Shown piece after piece: positions 11,473-23,617 of a stretch of DNA of 64,000 bases. Made by a program: the position numbers and the translations under genes. This stretch comes from Callorhinchus milii (taxonomy: Eukaryota), in the NCBI RefSeq assembly GCF_018977255.1, contig NW_024704742.1, positions 90,584,001-90,648,000 on the forward strand, in the 5' to 3' direction. The notes under the pieces were generated by a model. It was not told the origin of the DNA, searched no databases, and saw only the letters and a program-made list of their open reading frames with translations. Position 1 is the stretch's first letter, and each line of letters starts with the position of its first letter.

Positions 11473-14400
11473 TATTAAATAATTAAACAATTAATTTTCA
11501 AAGATTAGTTATTTTGAACAATCAATGACATTTTATGAATAATTACACCCTTTTGACAGAAACCTGGAATAATCCATATAAATACGTTTTTTGTCGTAAT
11601 TGTGATCCTCTTATAACCTAAGACACTGCTGTTTCATTAAGCTTAGTTTTCACTGCCTTCTGAATGAAAGGAAATACCACTTAAAAACAAGTTATTAACA
11701 GTAAGCAGCAAATCCCATTTTAAAAATTAACTTTCAGAGTGACAATGCAGTAATATCTTGTGAACACATGACATTTCAAATATTTCTTGCTGCAGGGTGC
11801 ATGCAAAATTTAATTTAAACACTTTAAAAAAAGAAGGAAATATTCTGACTGATCCCTCATCTTCAGTGACTTGTACAATAAGGCACAAGTTTAATACTGC
11901 TCACTGTTGCTGTCAACTTTTAACAGCCTATTACACCAAAGAATACAAAGAAAAGATGCTAATGCATTTCAAACTGCAGTCTATTAGACATTTTCACGTG
12001 ACATACCTCAGCAAACGAATACATCCAATATTAATGTTTGATCGTACAATTCAGTACTGGCAGCATTGGACAACTATACATTATAGTAGATTATTGTCTG
12101 TGTTTTTAAGACAAGTTAGAGATGCACATGAATTGCCTGCAGGGCTCTTACTCAAGGCAATTCCCACCATCTTTTTCAGCATTTCTGCCATCCTGGAGTA
12201 ACCCTTCAGTAAATTAGTTTTTCTACATCAAATATGATGAAACAAAATAAATCCTGTGACATCCCTAGACTACAGTGCATGAATTATATCAATTACTCAC
12301 TCTACCTAAAGACAAATGAATTTTAGCATTTCCTGTGCTGTATGTTATTATATTTAACATGATGTTTGTCATTCTGTAATAATGCGATGACAGCCTTCAT
12401 TATCTGACCATATGGTACTTGTTACAACTACACACAACAGTATCATCTCCTGGAAATTACTCCTTACAAGTTAATACCCAATTCACAAAGTACCAGCAAC
12501 TGCTCCTCTCACAAGCATCTTTAAGGTACATTTAGAATTCAAACAGCAGTTCTTAAGAGTGAAAAGTAAAATACAGCCTCTTGTAAAAGGCAACCTTTGA
12601 ATGGCATTCATCACATTAGCTAAGAGGGATAATAATAAAAATATAATCTTTGCATTTGATATAGTGCCTTATCACGTCTTCAAGACGTCTCAAAGCGCTT
12701 CACAGAATACTTAATACTTGTAAATTTGATCCAAAAGCTTCGCTGCGTCATTTCAAGTAAAAATTCATAATTAAATAGTTCATCAGTTGATATTTTTTAA
12801 TTTTAAATGGGTTTTAATTTTTCAATCCATGACTGTAAGTACACTCATGTAAAATATCAAACAACAATCCAACAATATTAGTTCCAGGTTCCATATCTCA
12901 TAATGCAAATATTTAATGTACATTATTTTTATTAAAAACAGGTACATTTGCAAAACTGAGTTTCCTCCTTTCTTGTCTATTTTCTTCTCATTCCTGAAAA
13001 CATTTGGTTACACCAAAGTATATTTTCATGGGTGCTAGTTACCCAAGTGGTCATTATTGATGTGTGAACCAGAGCATCAGATTAGCTGGTTGTTCAACCA
13101 CTGGTGGTATTTGCAGATGCAAAAATCAGTTTCTGCTCATGATTGCTCGCCAGCTATTCCTTCTGGAAAGTGTGTCTGTTTGAACATTGGAGTGACAAAA
13201 TAATTAAACACAGCTGGGATAGCCTCCATGGTCAATTAGGTTGCCAATACCCACTAGTAAGCTAACAAATGGTCACTTGCATGAGGTCTCAGGGGCTGCC
13301 TTTGCCTCTGAAACCATCCCCCACCCAGCAAGAGTCATGACCTTCAGGAGAGAAATGGCGAGGGGGAAAGGCAACCAAAGAGATTATTTTTCTTCTTCTA
13401 TCTCAACTTTCCACAACCCAGTGCATTGCTTTACTGCTATATGATTTTTTGTTACATCTTTATATGCAACTGTTTCTATTCTCATTTGTTATTTTTCTCA
13501 CCTTCATTACTTAACTGTTTTTCTCTTTTAATACTTTCATATTCTTATATTTACTGTATTTTTTTTAAATTCTCAAATTTCTTACATGCATTTCCACTTT
13601 TTTTGCACTGTCATCTATATTTCCTTTTTCTGCTAACACTCAGACAGACCACTTCTTATCCCATGAATATATGCAAATGTTTTGTGATATTTGGAACAAA
13701 TAGAAAAAACCATTGCAAGCAATGATAACGTAGGGTACCATTCGCTATTTTTATGCAGCAAATTTTAAAATGCCAAAGCACAAATACAATAATAATAACA
13801 ATCCTTGCATTTGATATAATTCCTCGTTGAAACATCTCAAAGCGCTTCACAGAATAAACCGTGAAATGATTGATATCTGTGTGGATTTTGGGAGATACAA
13901 AATTTTACAGCCATACAAAATTCTCAGTCTGTATTGCATACACAAAACGGTGCTTTTAAGAAAGCACATGATTACGCACGTGAGGAAGGCATAATGAAAT
14001 AAGCACAGAATGCCAACATTAGAAAATAACATAAGATAGAAACTGAAATAAGATGCAAAACATTTCAAATTGAGTTTTTTCATATACAGACGGTTTCTAA
14101 ATCTTAAACTACACCCATTTGGACTAAATGAACAAATCAATAATAGTAATTAATACACCTAATAAATTGGTAGACGTTGCACTTGAACAATAATTGTAAG
14201 AATGTAATATTCAAACATTTTTTATTATTCAGAATAACTATTCATATTCAAAAGAAGAAAATGCACTAATAATAAAACAACCATGTACCATTAATGCATA
14301 ATAGGTTTCTCTATAGAATGATGATTCAGAGGTTTGAGGCTAATTTGAATATCTACCCTATTCATTTGTAGCAGAAAATGTATAAATGTTTTTTTATGAC

Positions 14401-14985
14401 ACTCTAGGAGAGAAGATGGGCCATTAGCATATTTTATCGGTTTACATATTTTATACATCACAACTCTCTTTTGGGATGCTCTAATGTGGATTCATGCATT
14501 ATCTTATTTATATATTCCTCCCCTCCCCATTTTTGTTTTTCCTTTCATGGTTGTTCCTTTCTACATATTAATTATTTTGCTTTTAATTCAACCAGTAGGA
14601 GGCAGATTATATAGGTATGGAATTCTACCTCTGTATGAATTCCAAGCTAAGTAGCCCAGCCATCCCAGATTTCTGGCTGCAAAAACCTTGTTGCATCTAT
14701 ATGGTATGAAGGTACTCAGAGACGTTTACTTTTTAACAAACACTTTTGCTCATACATCTTTTGTTGTATGTTCAAGGGGAAAATGTGAAAGCTTGTCTTA
14801 GATTACATTCATCTCTCTGGCAGGAATGATAGTTTTTGGGAACCCTCGTCATCAATCCAAACAACAATAAATGTTTTACTTAGTTTGTTAGAACAAAGCT
14901 AAAATCTTCAAGGATCTATGTCTGAAATCCAAATCTAATTCTCTAAAAACAACACTTTTGGAAGGTACAGGCAGAAGAGGAAAAC

Positions 14986-15073
14986 CACACACACATACAG
15001 TGTACATATGTGCTGTGTGTGTGATTATGTATATATACACACACACACACATACATACATAAACACACACACA
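14986..15073. repeat. Compound (CA)n/(TG)n/(TA)n microsatellite
   Basis: Directly visible alternating purine-pyrimidine tract. Confidence 0.9.
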
Positions 15074-16143
15074 AACTTTCCTCTTGGTCCTGGCAAGTTG
15101 TTCTACTTCAATGAAAGTCAAACATTTTCAAAACCTGTTTTACTTCACTCTTTGCTGAACATTAAAATAACTATTGCATCTCTCTGAAGTTATGAATGAG
15201 ATGAAGTACTGGAAATTTAATTTACTGCTAATCACAAGCAAGCAATGCAAAATGTAGAGATATAATTCAACGTAAAGGTTCTAACAAAAGACTATCCTCA
15301 AATTTTGTTTTTAGATTGAAACCTAGACAAAACCAAGTTCTGGCAAATAAACACCATAAGTGAAAGGAATGCAAAATGTAATCTTGTTAACATTACACCA
15401 AGTGTCTCATTCAAGGATATTGCAGTGTGTAAGCTTCTGAGAGTCTTGGTAGTTATACAACAGTTTACTAATAGAACTACAGCAAACCGAAACCAGAAAA
15501 TTTTTAAAGAATTCCACAGGCCTTATGTGAAGACTCCCAATGGCCCAGCTCTCCTAGCGCACACCAACACTGCACTGACCTGCAGCCCTTGTGATGCCTA
15601 CAGCTTCCCACCTCACCATTAATTGTCTGGCATGCAGTGTTTGGTGAGCGAGTAACTACTTTTTGATTTACAGCAGTAGAAATGCATTTGCAGTGCTGGA
15701 AAATGCTGCAAATTCCATCATCTGCATTTTGTGGCACCAGACATGTATTTTTTGCATGACCAGCATTGTAATTACACTTAGCCAGAAATTCTCACTCGCT
15801 GGACCGGATCTCCCCTACATCAGTCCGGCTAACTGGTGTTTATCCGAATCACTTCCATGATCTAAAATCATGATTTAAAATTATGGAAGGCTTAAAGAAA
15901 AGCGAGAGGAATTCTTACTGCACACATTTTTCTTTATTAACAATCAGGAAAAATATTAAACCAACAACCTATGAATTTCAAAGCTTGTAGATCAAGGATG
16001 AAATATAATATATGCACCACCTGCAGTGCATGTGCTAGAAACAAAGTTTACTAGTTTCGGCTAACTAAAACAACTATGTTTTGATATCCTGTATATGCAA
16101 TAATAATCACCTCTTTAAGTAAGTTCATAATGAATGAGTTTAC

Positions 16144-16235
16144 CTGCTTTAATGATTCATCCAACTTTTCCCTTGTTGCCACCTTGGGTGTACTGCATTT
16201 GACTCCTTTATCTTCATCAAGTCTTAAAAGAAGAT
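16144..16235 (-). CDS. CNTLN: Centlein exon (92 nt, phase 1/0): (D)LLLRLDEDKGVKCSTPKVATREKLDESLKQ
   Basis: catttgcAG and CAG|GTaaac boundaries. Resembles centlein LFRSGEDDEVKRSTPEK, and the phase fits. Confidence 0.92.
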
Positions 16236-18689
16236 CTGCAAATGGAATGAATAATGGAGTGACATTGGAATCCCCTTTGAAATAAAGTGCCATTTTCACA
16301 GAAAGTATATTATTAAGGATGATTCCTTTTTAAATAATTAGTGCCATTTTCTTGTCATCTTTTTTGGTCAGTCAAAGTACCTAGAAGGAATGCCAATGGG
16401 TGAGCAAAACCAAATTTAAAAAAATGCTACTTCTGTGTTCAAAAAGAAAAAATGCACTAATATATACAGGGTAAAATATTCATTAACTGAATGGGATAAT
16501 ACAACTAGAAGGCTACTTAGGGAAGTGCACCATACCACAGTGCTGTCAACATGTTCTTGTCCAAGGCACAGGAAGTACTCTAGATCACATTCATGGTACA
16601 AAATAAAGAATTCTACCTTATAAAAAAATAGATCAAACATTTCTTGCAATGTGCCAATACAATGAACATAATAGTAGAACATAGCCATGTAATCTTTTTA
16701 AAAGTTAATTTAAAAAATTACAAGCAGGATAAAATTATAAAAAAGAAAATATTATTGTGATAGAAATTATCTGTGTAATCCATATATGCCTAACATACAA
16801 TGCCCATGTATTACTATAGCACTACTGCAATTTTACTGTCTCAGTAATATTTTACAATCCACTTAACATTAGTGAGGCTATGCTTTACTTACCGTTTATC
16901 AAACTGCATAAAAGAAATACTTTTTATAAAATGCAAAAAATCAGCTCCAAAATCAGTACAAACTAAACAAGATTAGAAGAAATACTCCTCTGATCAGTCC
17001 TCTGCTCAGCAAACTTGAGCCTGCTACACATCACCGTTAGTGGCCAAGCCTTCAGCCACTAATGCCACCATCCTCTGGAACTCCCTCTCTAAACCCCACT
17101 CTCACTCCTTCTCGAAAAAGAGACCTAAAAACCTAAAAACCATCGTATGGTTGTCTCACTCCTCCCATACTCTCCTGAGTGTCAGGCACCATCTCTTTAA
17201 TGCTCTCTGAGAAGTGAAGGATGCTATATCAATGTTTACTTTTCATGCTATCAGTTGGTTCCCAAAGCCATTGATGGATAGCATTGATTTGGTCTGAGAA
17301 TCTGTAATGTGACAACCAATACTGATATTACCTTGGTGTCAAACTAATACAACAACGTGCACTTACATAATATCTTTCACATACAAGATCTTACGTTTTA
17401 TAGAGAGTGGGAACGCGAGCTTCACTAGAATCTGAATAATGACTGCAAAATGTTTTAATGAGTTTTCCATATATTGAATTGGGACAATTAGGAATACACT
17501 TTATCTGATTTTGCATAAACAAGCATTGTTCAGGGATTAATAATGCCGAGACAACATCCTTCAATTACATTATTTCTTAAATACACCTCTACCTTATTTT
17601 TCCTGAAACAGCTCCAGAATATTTTCAATAAACAAATACGTTAATATGCTTAGAATAAAGAATTTTAGTACTTATTCAAAATTGTAGTCATGTGTGCTCA
17701 GAACTGAAAGCACTTGTACTCCTCAATCATTGATCAGATGGATGTGACCTCCCTTGTGATTCATGTCATTGTAAAATAATGAACCAGGATCACATGGTTT
17801 CCACTTTTACCAAGTTTTAAACTCGGGTGACATCCTGACAAAATAATTGATCCCAAAATTACATAAACAAAAGCAGTTTGCAATGCTTTTACTTGGACTA
17901 CGAACCAGTGATGCCAATATTTCTTCAGTTAAAACTCAAACAGAAATAGTGAATACAAACTGTATTGACAAATGCAAAGCTTAAAACAAAATTAAGATCC
18001 TGTGGAACTTGTTGACAACCTCAAGTTTGATTGAAGTCTGGATGAGAGTTGAAAACTTACAAATTTCTCTTGCCAAATAAAACAAAAACAATACATATTG
18101 TTTTTGTATGAGTGTTCTCTTGTTATTCTGTTTGAATTTACTGTGTCTTGTTGTGCTTCTGGAACCTATGATATTTTACATTTCAAGTACATAATAGCTA
18201 AAGCAGAGAAAAGGACAATAGAAGTTCATATATCACAGGCAGTTAACAGCCTAAACGAAGATAGAATCCCTAATCTTTCAATGACGTTCTTCGCCACATG
18301 CAATGGGTAACAATCCAAACCCAGCACAGTGCACCAGGAAAGTTTTCAGGTCACTTATCCTTTTAATGTACATCATATGACTTTTCTGCTTGCTATACAG
18401 AGCTCCCATTGAGTTTTTAATTATTTTCAACTGGAGGAAGTATATTTATCATTCCTTTCAAAGTCAGGAACATTAAAATTTAATGAAGCAGGGTATTGGT
18501 GCAAAGGTTGAGGTATTGTAACTCGTGGATCTGCTTATTCGAATTAAAACCAATGATATATTCCATACATTTCTGACAAAACGTAAAAAAATTATGAACA
18601 TAAGTTTTGTTTCACAGTACATGTATTTAGTCAGATCTGACTAGTATATTAAAAGATGCATGGCCAATTGGGGTCATCACAAGAGAGGT

Positions 18690-19376
18690 TTAATGAAGAA
18701 GGTCATTCAGTCGACTTGATTTCATCCTTCCAGTATCCCCACCAAAGTACCAAGCTGCTTTTAAAACGCGTCCAGTGCACTGACTTCAACCACCCAACCT
18801 ACCAGTATTACCCTCTGAGTAAAGAAAATCGTCTTGGTTGCTGTACTGAAATTGCAACTCGAAACCTATATCCTACAGTCTTCGTGCATCTTGAAGTATT
18901 GTTCTGGATTTATTTCCTGAATCCCATTTAACATATTGTACACCTTAAAAAGATCCCCTCTAAGACATAAGATCACAAGATTGTTCTGGATGAAGGAGGC
19001 ACTTTGGCCAAACTGATCTTATCTCTCCAAAACATTCACCCTAACCCCCACCCCCATCACTGCATCAAGCTGTGCTTTAAAAGAATCTAGGTCCTTGTCT
19101 TTACCACGTTTCCTAGTTGTTGTTCTGGGTAAAGAAAAACTTCCTGGTATAGGTCCTGAAATTGCCCTTTATAACCCTAAACCTACCTCTTGTTTTACTT
19201 TCATGATGCATCATAAAGTGATGATCTGGATTTACTTCTTCAACTTCATTTATAATGTTGTACACCTCTATGGGGTCCCCTCTCAAGACTGAGGAGACAT
19301 AGCTTGTCTCGTCGTTGCTCATAGCTAACAAGGTAAGATCATCTTTGTTGCTCTGCTCTGCACTGCTTCCAGGGCC
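18690..19376 (-). mobile_element. Two tandem CR1-clade LINE 3' fragments (about 18690-18961 and 18962-19376)
   Basis: ORF 19113..19331 reads LRGDPIEVYNII...KTRGRFRVIKGNFRTYTRKFFFTQ, the CR1 ORF2 C-terminal pattern (RGDLIEVYK...TRGH...FFTQR). A second agaggggatct...gtgtacaatatg copy ends at 18961. Confidence 0.8.
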
Positions 19377-19781
19377 TAGGAACCGGAATTTTTCGGCACT
19401 GATCTCCTTCCCACCCTGCCCGTTTGTCCGGCTAGGTTAAATTGTATAGCAATAACTAGTTGTCTTGTTCATTACTGCCTCACAGTGATTTGGCATGGTC
19501 AGCAATGAGTCAACTAACATCCTTACATATTTGTCAGCCTCACCTGAGTAAGTTCTATCCATAATACCTGTATGAGTTTCCTATTCTTACTTCCTATATT
19601 TCTAGTAACCTTCCTGACTTTGTGCCATGCTTGGTCATAAGTTGTCTTTGCTGCAGTTTTAGCTTACTCCGAGGAAGCTTCCAAAATCGCTTAAAAGGCC
19701 CTCTACTTTTGCCTAATAACTCTCTTTTCTTGTTACCTTGACAGGGTCCCGCTTAAAGGATGAATGCCTTGCAGGCTATAG

Positions 19782-20868
19782 CTTCAGTTTCCTTACAATC
19801 TCAGCTACAGAAGCAAGAAAGTCCTTGGCAACATCATCAATCGTCGAGTCCGCACTATAATAATCCTTGCATTTGATATAGCACTTTTCATGTCTTCTAG
19901 ACGTCTCAAAGCACTTAACAGAATATGCTATAAAGTGAATTAACTGTATATTTGTGGGTGAAACGCGGCAGGCAATTGCGCACAGCAGTGTCCCACAAAC
20001 AGTCATGGAATGAAAATGACCAATTTATTTTTTTTGTTTTGGAAGGATTATTATTAGGAGTGTGGAGTAAAGAAATTTGCCCAAAGTTTCGACCTGCCGG
20101 GAATTGAACCCAGGTGTCTCGCTTGCAAGGCGAGTGCTCTAACCACTGAGCTACAGGACTCCACAGCACTGTCAGCCCTTGCACAGAATCAGTCCCAGGC
20201 TTCATGGTCAGCAACACCCCGCACATCATGGAGCACCTTGGCACGATCACTAATAACCCAAAGCACACTGACCACTCCAACCGGAGTCACTTCATGTTAC
20301 ACGGTCAACACCTGCTCTAAAAGTTCAAGTGCTGTCCAATTGATAAAAACGATCAGAGACATGCCTTGTGCGGCATTAGTCTTTGGGTCCAAAGACCCTT
20401 CAACTACAAGAACTTGCCGATGCTAGACTTCACAAGTTGAGGCGTTTGCTCCAATAAAGGATGGCATTGGTGTACAGTATTACAGGGTAAGGAAGCTGAC
20501 TCGCCAAGTTGATGGTCCTTGCAGCATCTGCAAAAATATCATGGATTCCTTGGAGAAAGTAGATATTTGAAGCCAACAGGTGTTGATGCTGCCTGCACAG
20601 GTCCAGCACATCACAAGGTATTGTGCCAAACTGGACAAGAAATATAATAGTTATCTGCCAAATGATTTTATACTTGTTGAAAGTATAGAAGAAGAAAAGA
20701 TTAAAGTCTCCTTTGACATCTTAAAATTGTTTAGTGAGAGCATTGACAAACACAACTAGAATATCTACAAACACGAGGCTCTTTTGTTCATGTGTGTTGT
20801 GGAGAAGATGTTCTCCATGGAGAGTGTCTTGCCTGTGGAGAAGTTATTTTCTGAATGCAGATCATCAG
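19782..20868 (+). pseudogene. Decayed intronless reading frame of unknown origin (viral or transposon relic?), interrupted by a SINE
   Basis: After removing 19857-20170, about 260 codons remain with 3 stops and 1 frameshift, and the first part is rich in C-ending codons. No confident family assignment. Confidence 0.45.
19857..20164 (-). mobile_element. Full-length SINE with probable GCACT target-site duplication
   Basis: Complete tail-to-head match; gcact at 19852-19856 and 20166-20170. Confidence 0.92.
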
Positions 20869-21461
20869 TGTCACAATCCTGTATCTTTGCTTTGTTTCAG
20901 TTTACAGTATTGAATGCCTGCTTACTTTCAAAGTCAGATACCACTTTCAGTTGCCCCCAAGGTCACTCCGCTCAAGCCTATGTGGTGTGTGCTAATTTCC
21001 CATAGGTATAAACGACAAACCCAGCGTGGACAATTTGCACCCAGGATTTCATTTTGCAATCTCCATACTTAAGAGACAACAAATATCGATAGTTTCTCAC
21101 AACCTAAACATTTTCCAATTACAATGATTGGATTACTAAAGATAATATAATAAATATACACAAAACACAGTGTAAAGGATTAAGTAAAAGATAATAAAAT
21201 ATAATTACAATAAAATAACAGGTACAAAAGTAAAAGTTGTTTCAAAGGTGGTTTCAGAAATCACCCCTCTTCAAAATTAACTTCTGTTTAGGCTGCACTG
21301 TTTTCTCTCTGGATGCTTGCTATTAGCCTGAAGCGTACATCTGTTCTCCATTTCGTGTCCACCCACCACCCCCCCTTCATAATTAAATACCTGTCCTAAA
21401 CACTGTTTGCGCTTCCCAATCCCTGTTTATTTTTTGAACTTAATTTGTGAGGCATTCAATT

Positions 21462-21788
21462 TGTAAGATCTCAAAGAGTTTCACAGAATATACTGTAAAG
21501 TGAATTGACTGATATTTTGTGGGTGAAACATGGCAGCCAATTACACACAGCAGTGTCCCCCATACAGTTGTGGATTGAGTAACCAAACTATTATTTATTT
21601 TTTGAAGGGATTATTACCCCCGGAAAAGCAACCTGCCAATCGACTAACAACTGGGTTCCTACTTAGGCAAATTTCCTTACTCCACACGCCTGTCTACCTA
21701 GCACTAACGTGTCTCCCTAACAGGGAACAGAACCCAGGTCCTCTCGCTTGCGAGGCAAGTGCTCTAACCAATAGCTGCAGGACTCCAC
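21462..21788 (-). mobile_element. SINE, near full length (longer subfamily)
   Basis: tcacagaatatactgtaaagtgaattgactg...gaacccaggtcctctcgcttgcgagg...caggactccac. Confidence 0.88.
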
Positions 21789-23047
21789 AAGGTAAGCATT
21801 TTATGAAGGGGACCTCAGCATTTGTCACCTGATGGACTATTACAATATAAAGCATATTGTTCACATCTTGTTTCACAATTTTTGTATTGTCAGTCAGTAT
21901 CACGGAGATTCAAATAATAGTCTTACCTTATACTTCAGAGATCTTTCCTTGAACTTTCAAAGTCTCCAGAAACTATTTTTTTCAAAACCTGAGGAACTTA
22001 ATGAAGGTTGCAATTTTGATTTTTTCTCTATCATCAAGTTCCTTTGTACTTAAAAACTCCACCATTCTCAAGTCAAAGCCTTGAACTGTGGCATATAATG
22101 CAAGTTTGTTCCCAAAGGTGCAGAACAGATAACAGTTTACAATTAGAGGTCTGCAACTGAATATTTAGGAAAGGTGCAGACAGATGAGTTTATGTTGATG
22201 AGGTGCAGCAGAACAACTGAGATAAATACAGCTATTCACAATTGTACTTTCTAAGGCAACACACCTTGTAAATAAACTTATATTTATGTTTACAGCTTAC
22301 CAAGAAACCATAAATAAATGCAGGTGTTTAACATGTTAAAAAACACAGAAAACACAGAATAAGCCAACTGTCAGCCATCATCAAGCAATTAATATGGTCT
22401 AATTAATGATGTTACCACGAAAAGGATTTGGGAATTTTACATCTAAATGAACATTGATTTATCTTATTTTACTCCCAAATCACAACACACAATGTACTGC
22501 ACAGAAATTCAACCCCGGTGCCCATTTTTCCTAAATAAAATGCAGATCAAGTACATTCAAGTAACACATCCCTATTAATATGCACGAATCATCGCACTGT
22601 GAAAGCCTGGCACAACAAAAGGAGACAGTATATTTTGGAGCTAAACTATTTATTTGACCTTTCCCAATTAAAATTCATAACACTTTCCACTCTAAATGAC
22701 ACTAATAGAATATAAAAGGGTATAAAGTCCCAATTAATACCAGGGCTTTAATTATGACTGGAGGTCACAGAGAACCTTGGAAGAGTATCAAACATTCGAT
22801 GGCAATAATTTGTTTTTCCATTAGCTTTGCCTTTAGTTTAAAAAAGATAAATTGTGCTCTGTCAACAATTTGTATTTACTATTAAGTTCCAACAAAACGA
22901 AGATTCCTTACTTTTCTACCCCAGCTCCTCCAGTACACCTCGCCACAAGGGACAACAGGATCTTGTTAGTTGCATTTACATAGCATTTTTCTTCACCTAC
23001 CTGCCCCACTTGCAAAATCTTACTCAATACAGCATGTCATAATTTTA

Positions 23048-23617
23048 ATGCTATGCAAACGCCCTGCTTATCGGCCTTCCCAACTCCTCCCTCCACCGGC
23101 TGCAGATAATCCAGAACTCGGCAGCCCGTGTCCTCTCCCGCACCAAACTCTGTGACCCCACCTCCCCCACTGTCACCCGATTCCATTGGCTCCCTATCCT
23201 TCAGAGGATTCAGTTCAAGATCCTGGTCCTCACATACAAAGCCTTCCATGGCCTCGCCCCACCCTATCTCTGTGACCTCCTAACCCCCTACCAACCCGCC
23301 CGCTCCCTCCCTTCAGCCGGCTCAGGCCTGCTCCACGTCCCCCGATCCACCCCCCCACCATTAGCGGGAGAGCCTTCAGCCACTCTGCCCCCAACCTCTG
23401 GAATTCCATCCCCCAGTCACTCCGCCTCACCCCCTCCTTAGCCTCGTTCAAGTCCCGCCTCAAAACCCTCCTCTTCGACCATGCCATTGGTCACCCCTTT
23501 CCCCTCCCTTCTCCCCCCTGACCCCAGCTCTGGTCTGAAATGCTGTACACTGTCCAGCGCCTTGGGACGTCCTCCCGACATGAAAGGTGCTATACAAATG
23601 TAATCTTGTTGTTGTTG
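23048..23617 (+). mobile_element. L2 LINE 3' fragment (ORF2 C-terminus, UTR and tail)
   Basis: Encodes decayed YANALLIGLP...[10 protein letters not shown]...HWLPI.QRIQFKILVLTYKAFHGLAPPYL, typical of L2 ORF2; (GTT)n tail. Confidence 0.92.

Noticed and set aside
19680..20430. Minus-strand reading ...DHEAWD*FCARADSADSTIDDVAKDFLASVAEIVRKLKL and a twin-priming inversion model
   Set aside because: This frame has about 5 stops in 150 codons, and its V/D/H richness is what the antisense of a C-ending-codon frame produces. The + frame is the simpler explanation, though the minus reading is not formally excluded.
20475..20483. CAGTATTAC nonamer suggesting a circovirus/CRESS origin
   Set aside because: No flanking stem and no Rep motifs (FTLNN, HLQG, Walker A) at the proper spacing; a 9-mer match is expected by chance.
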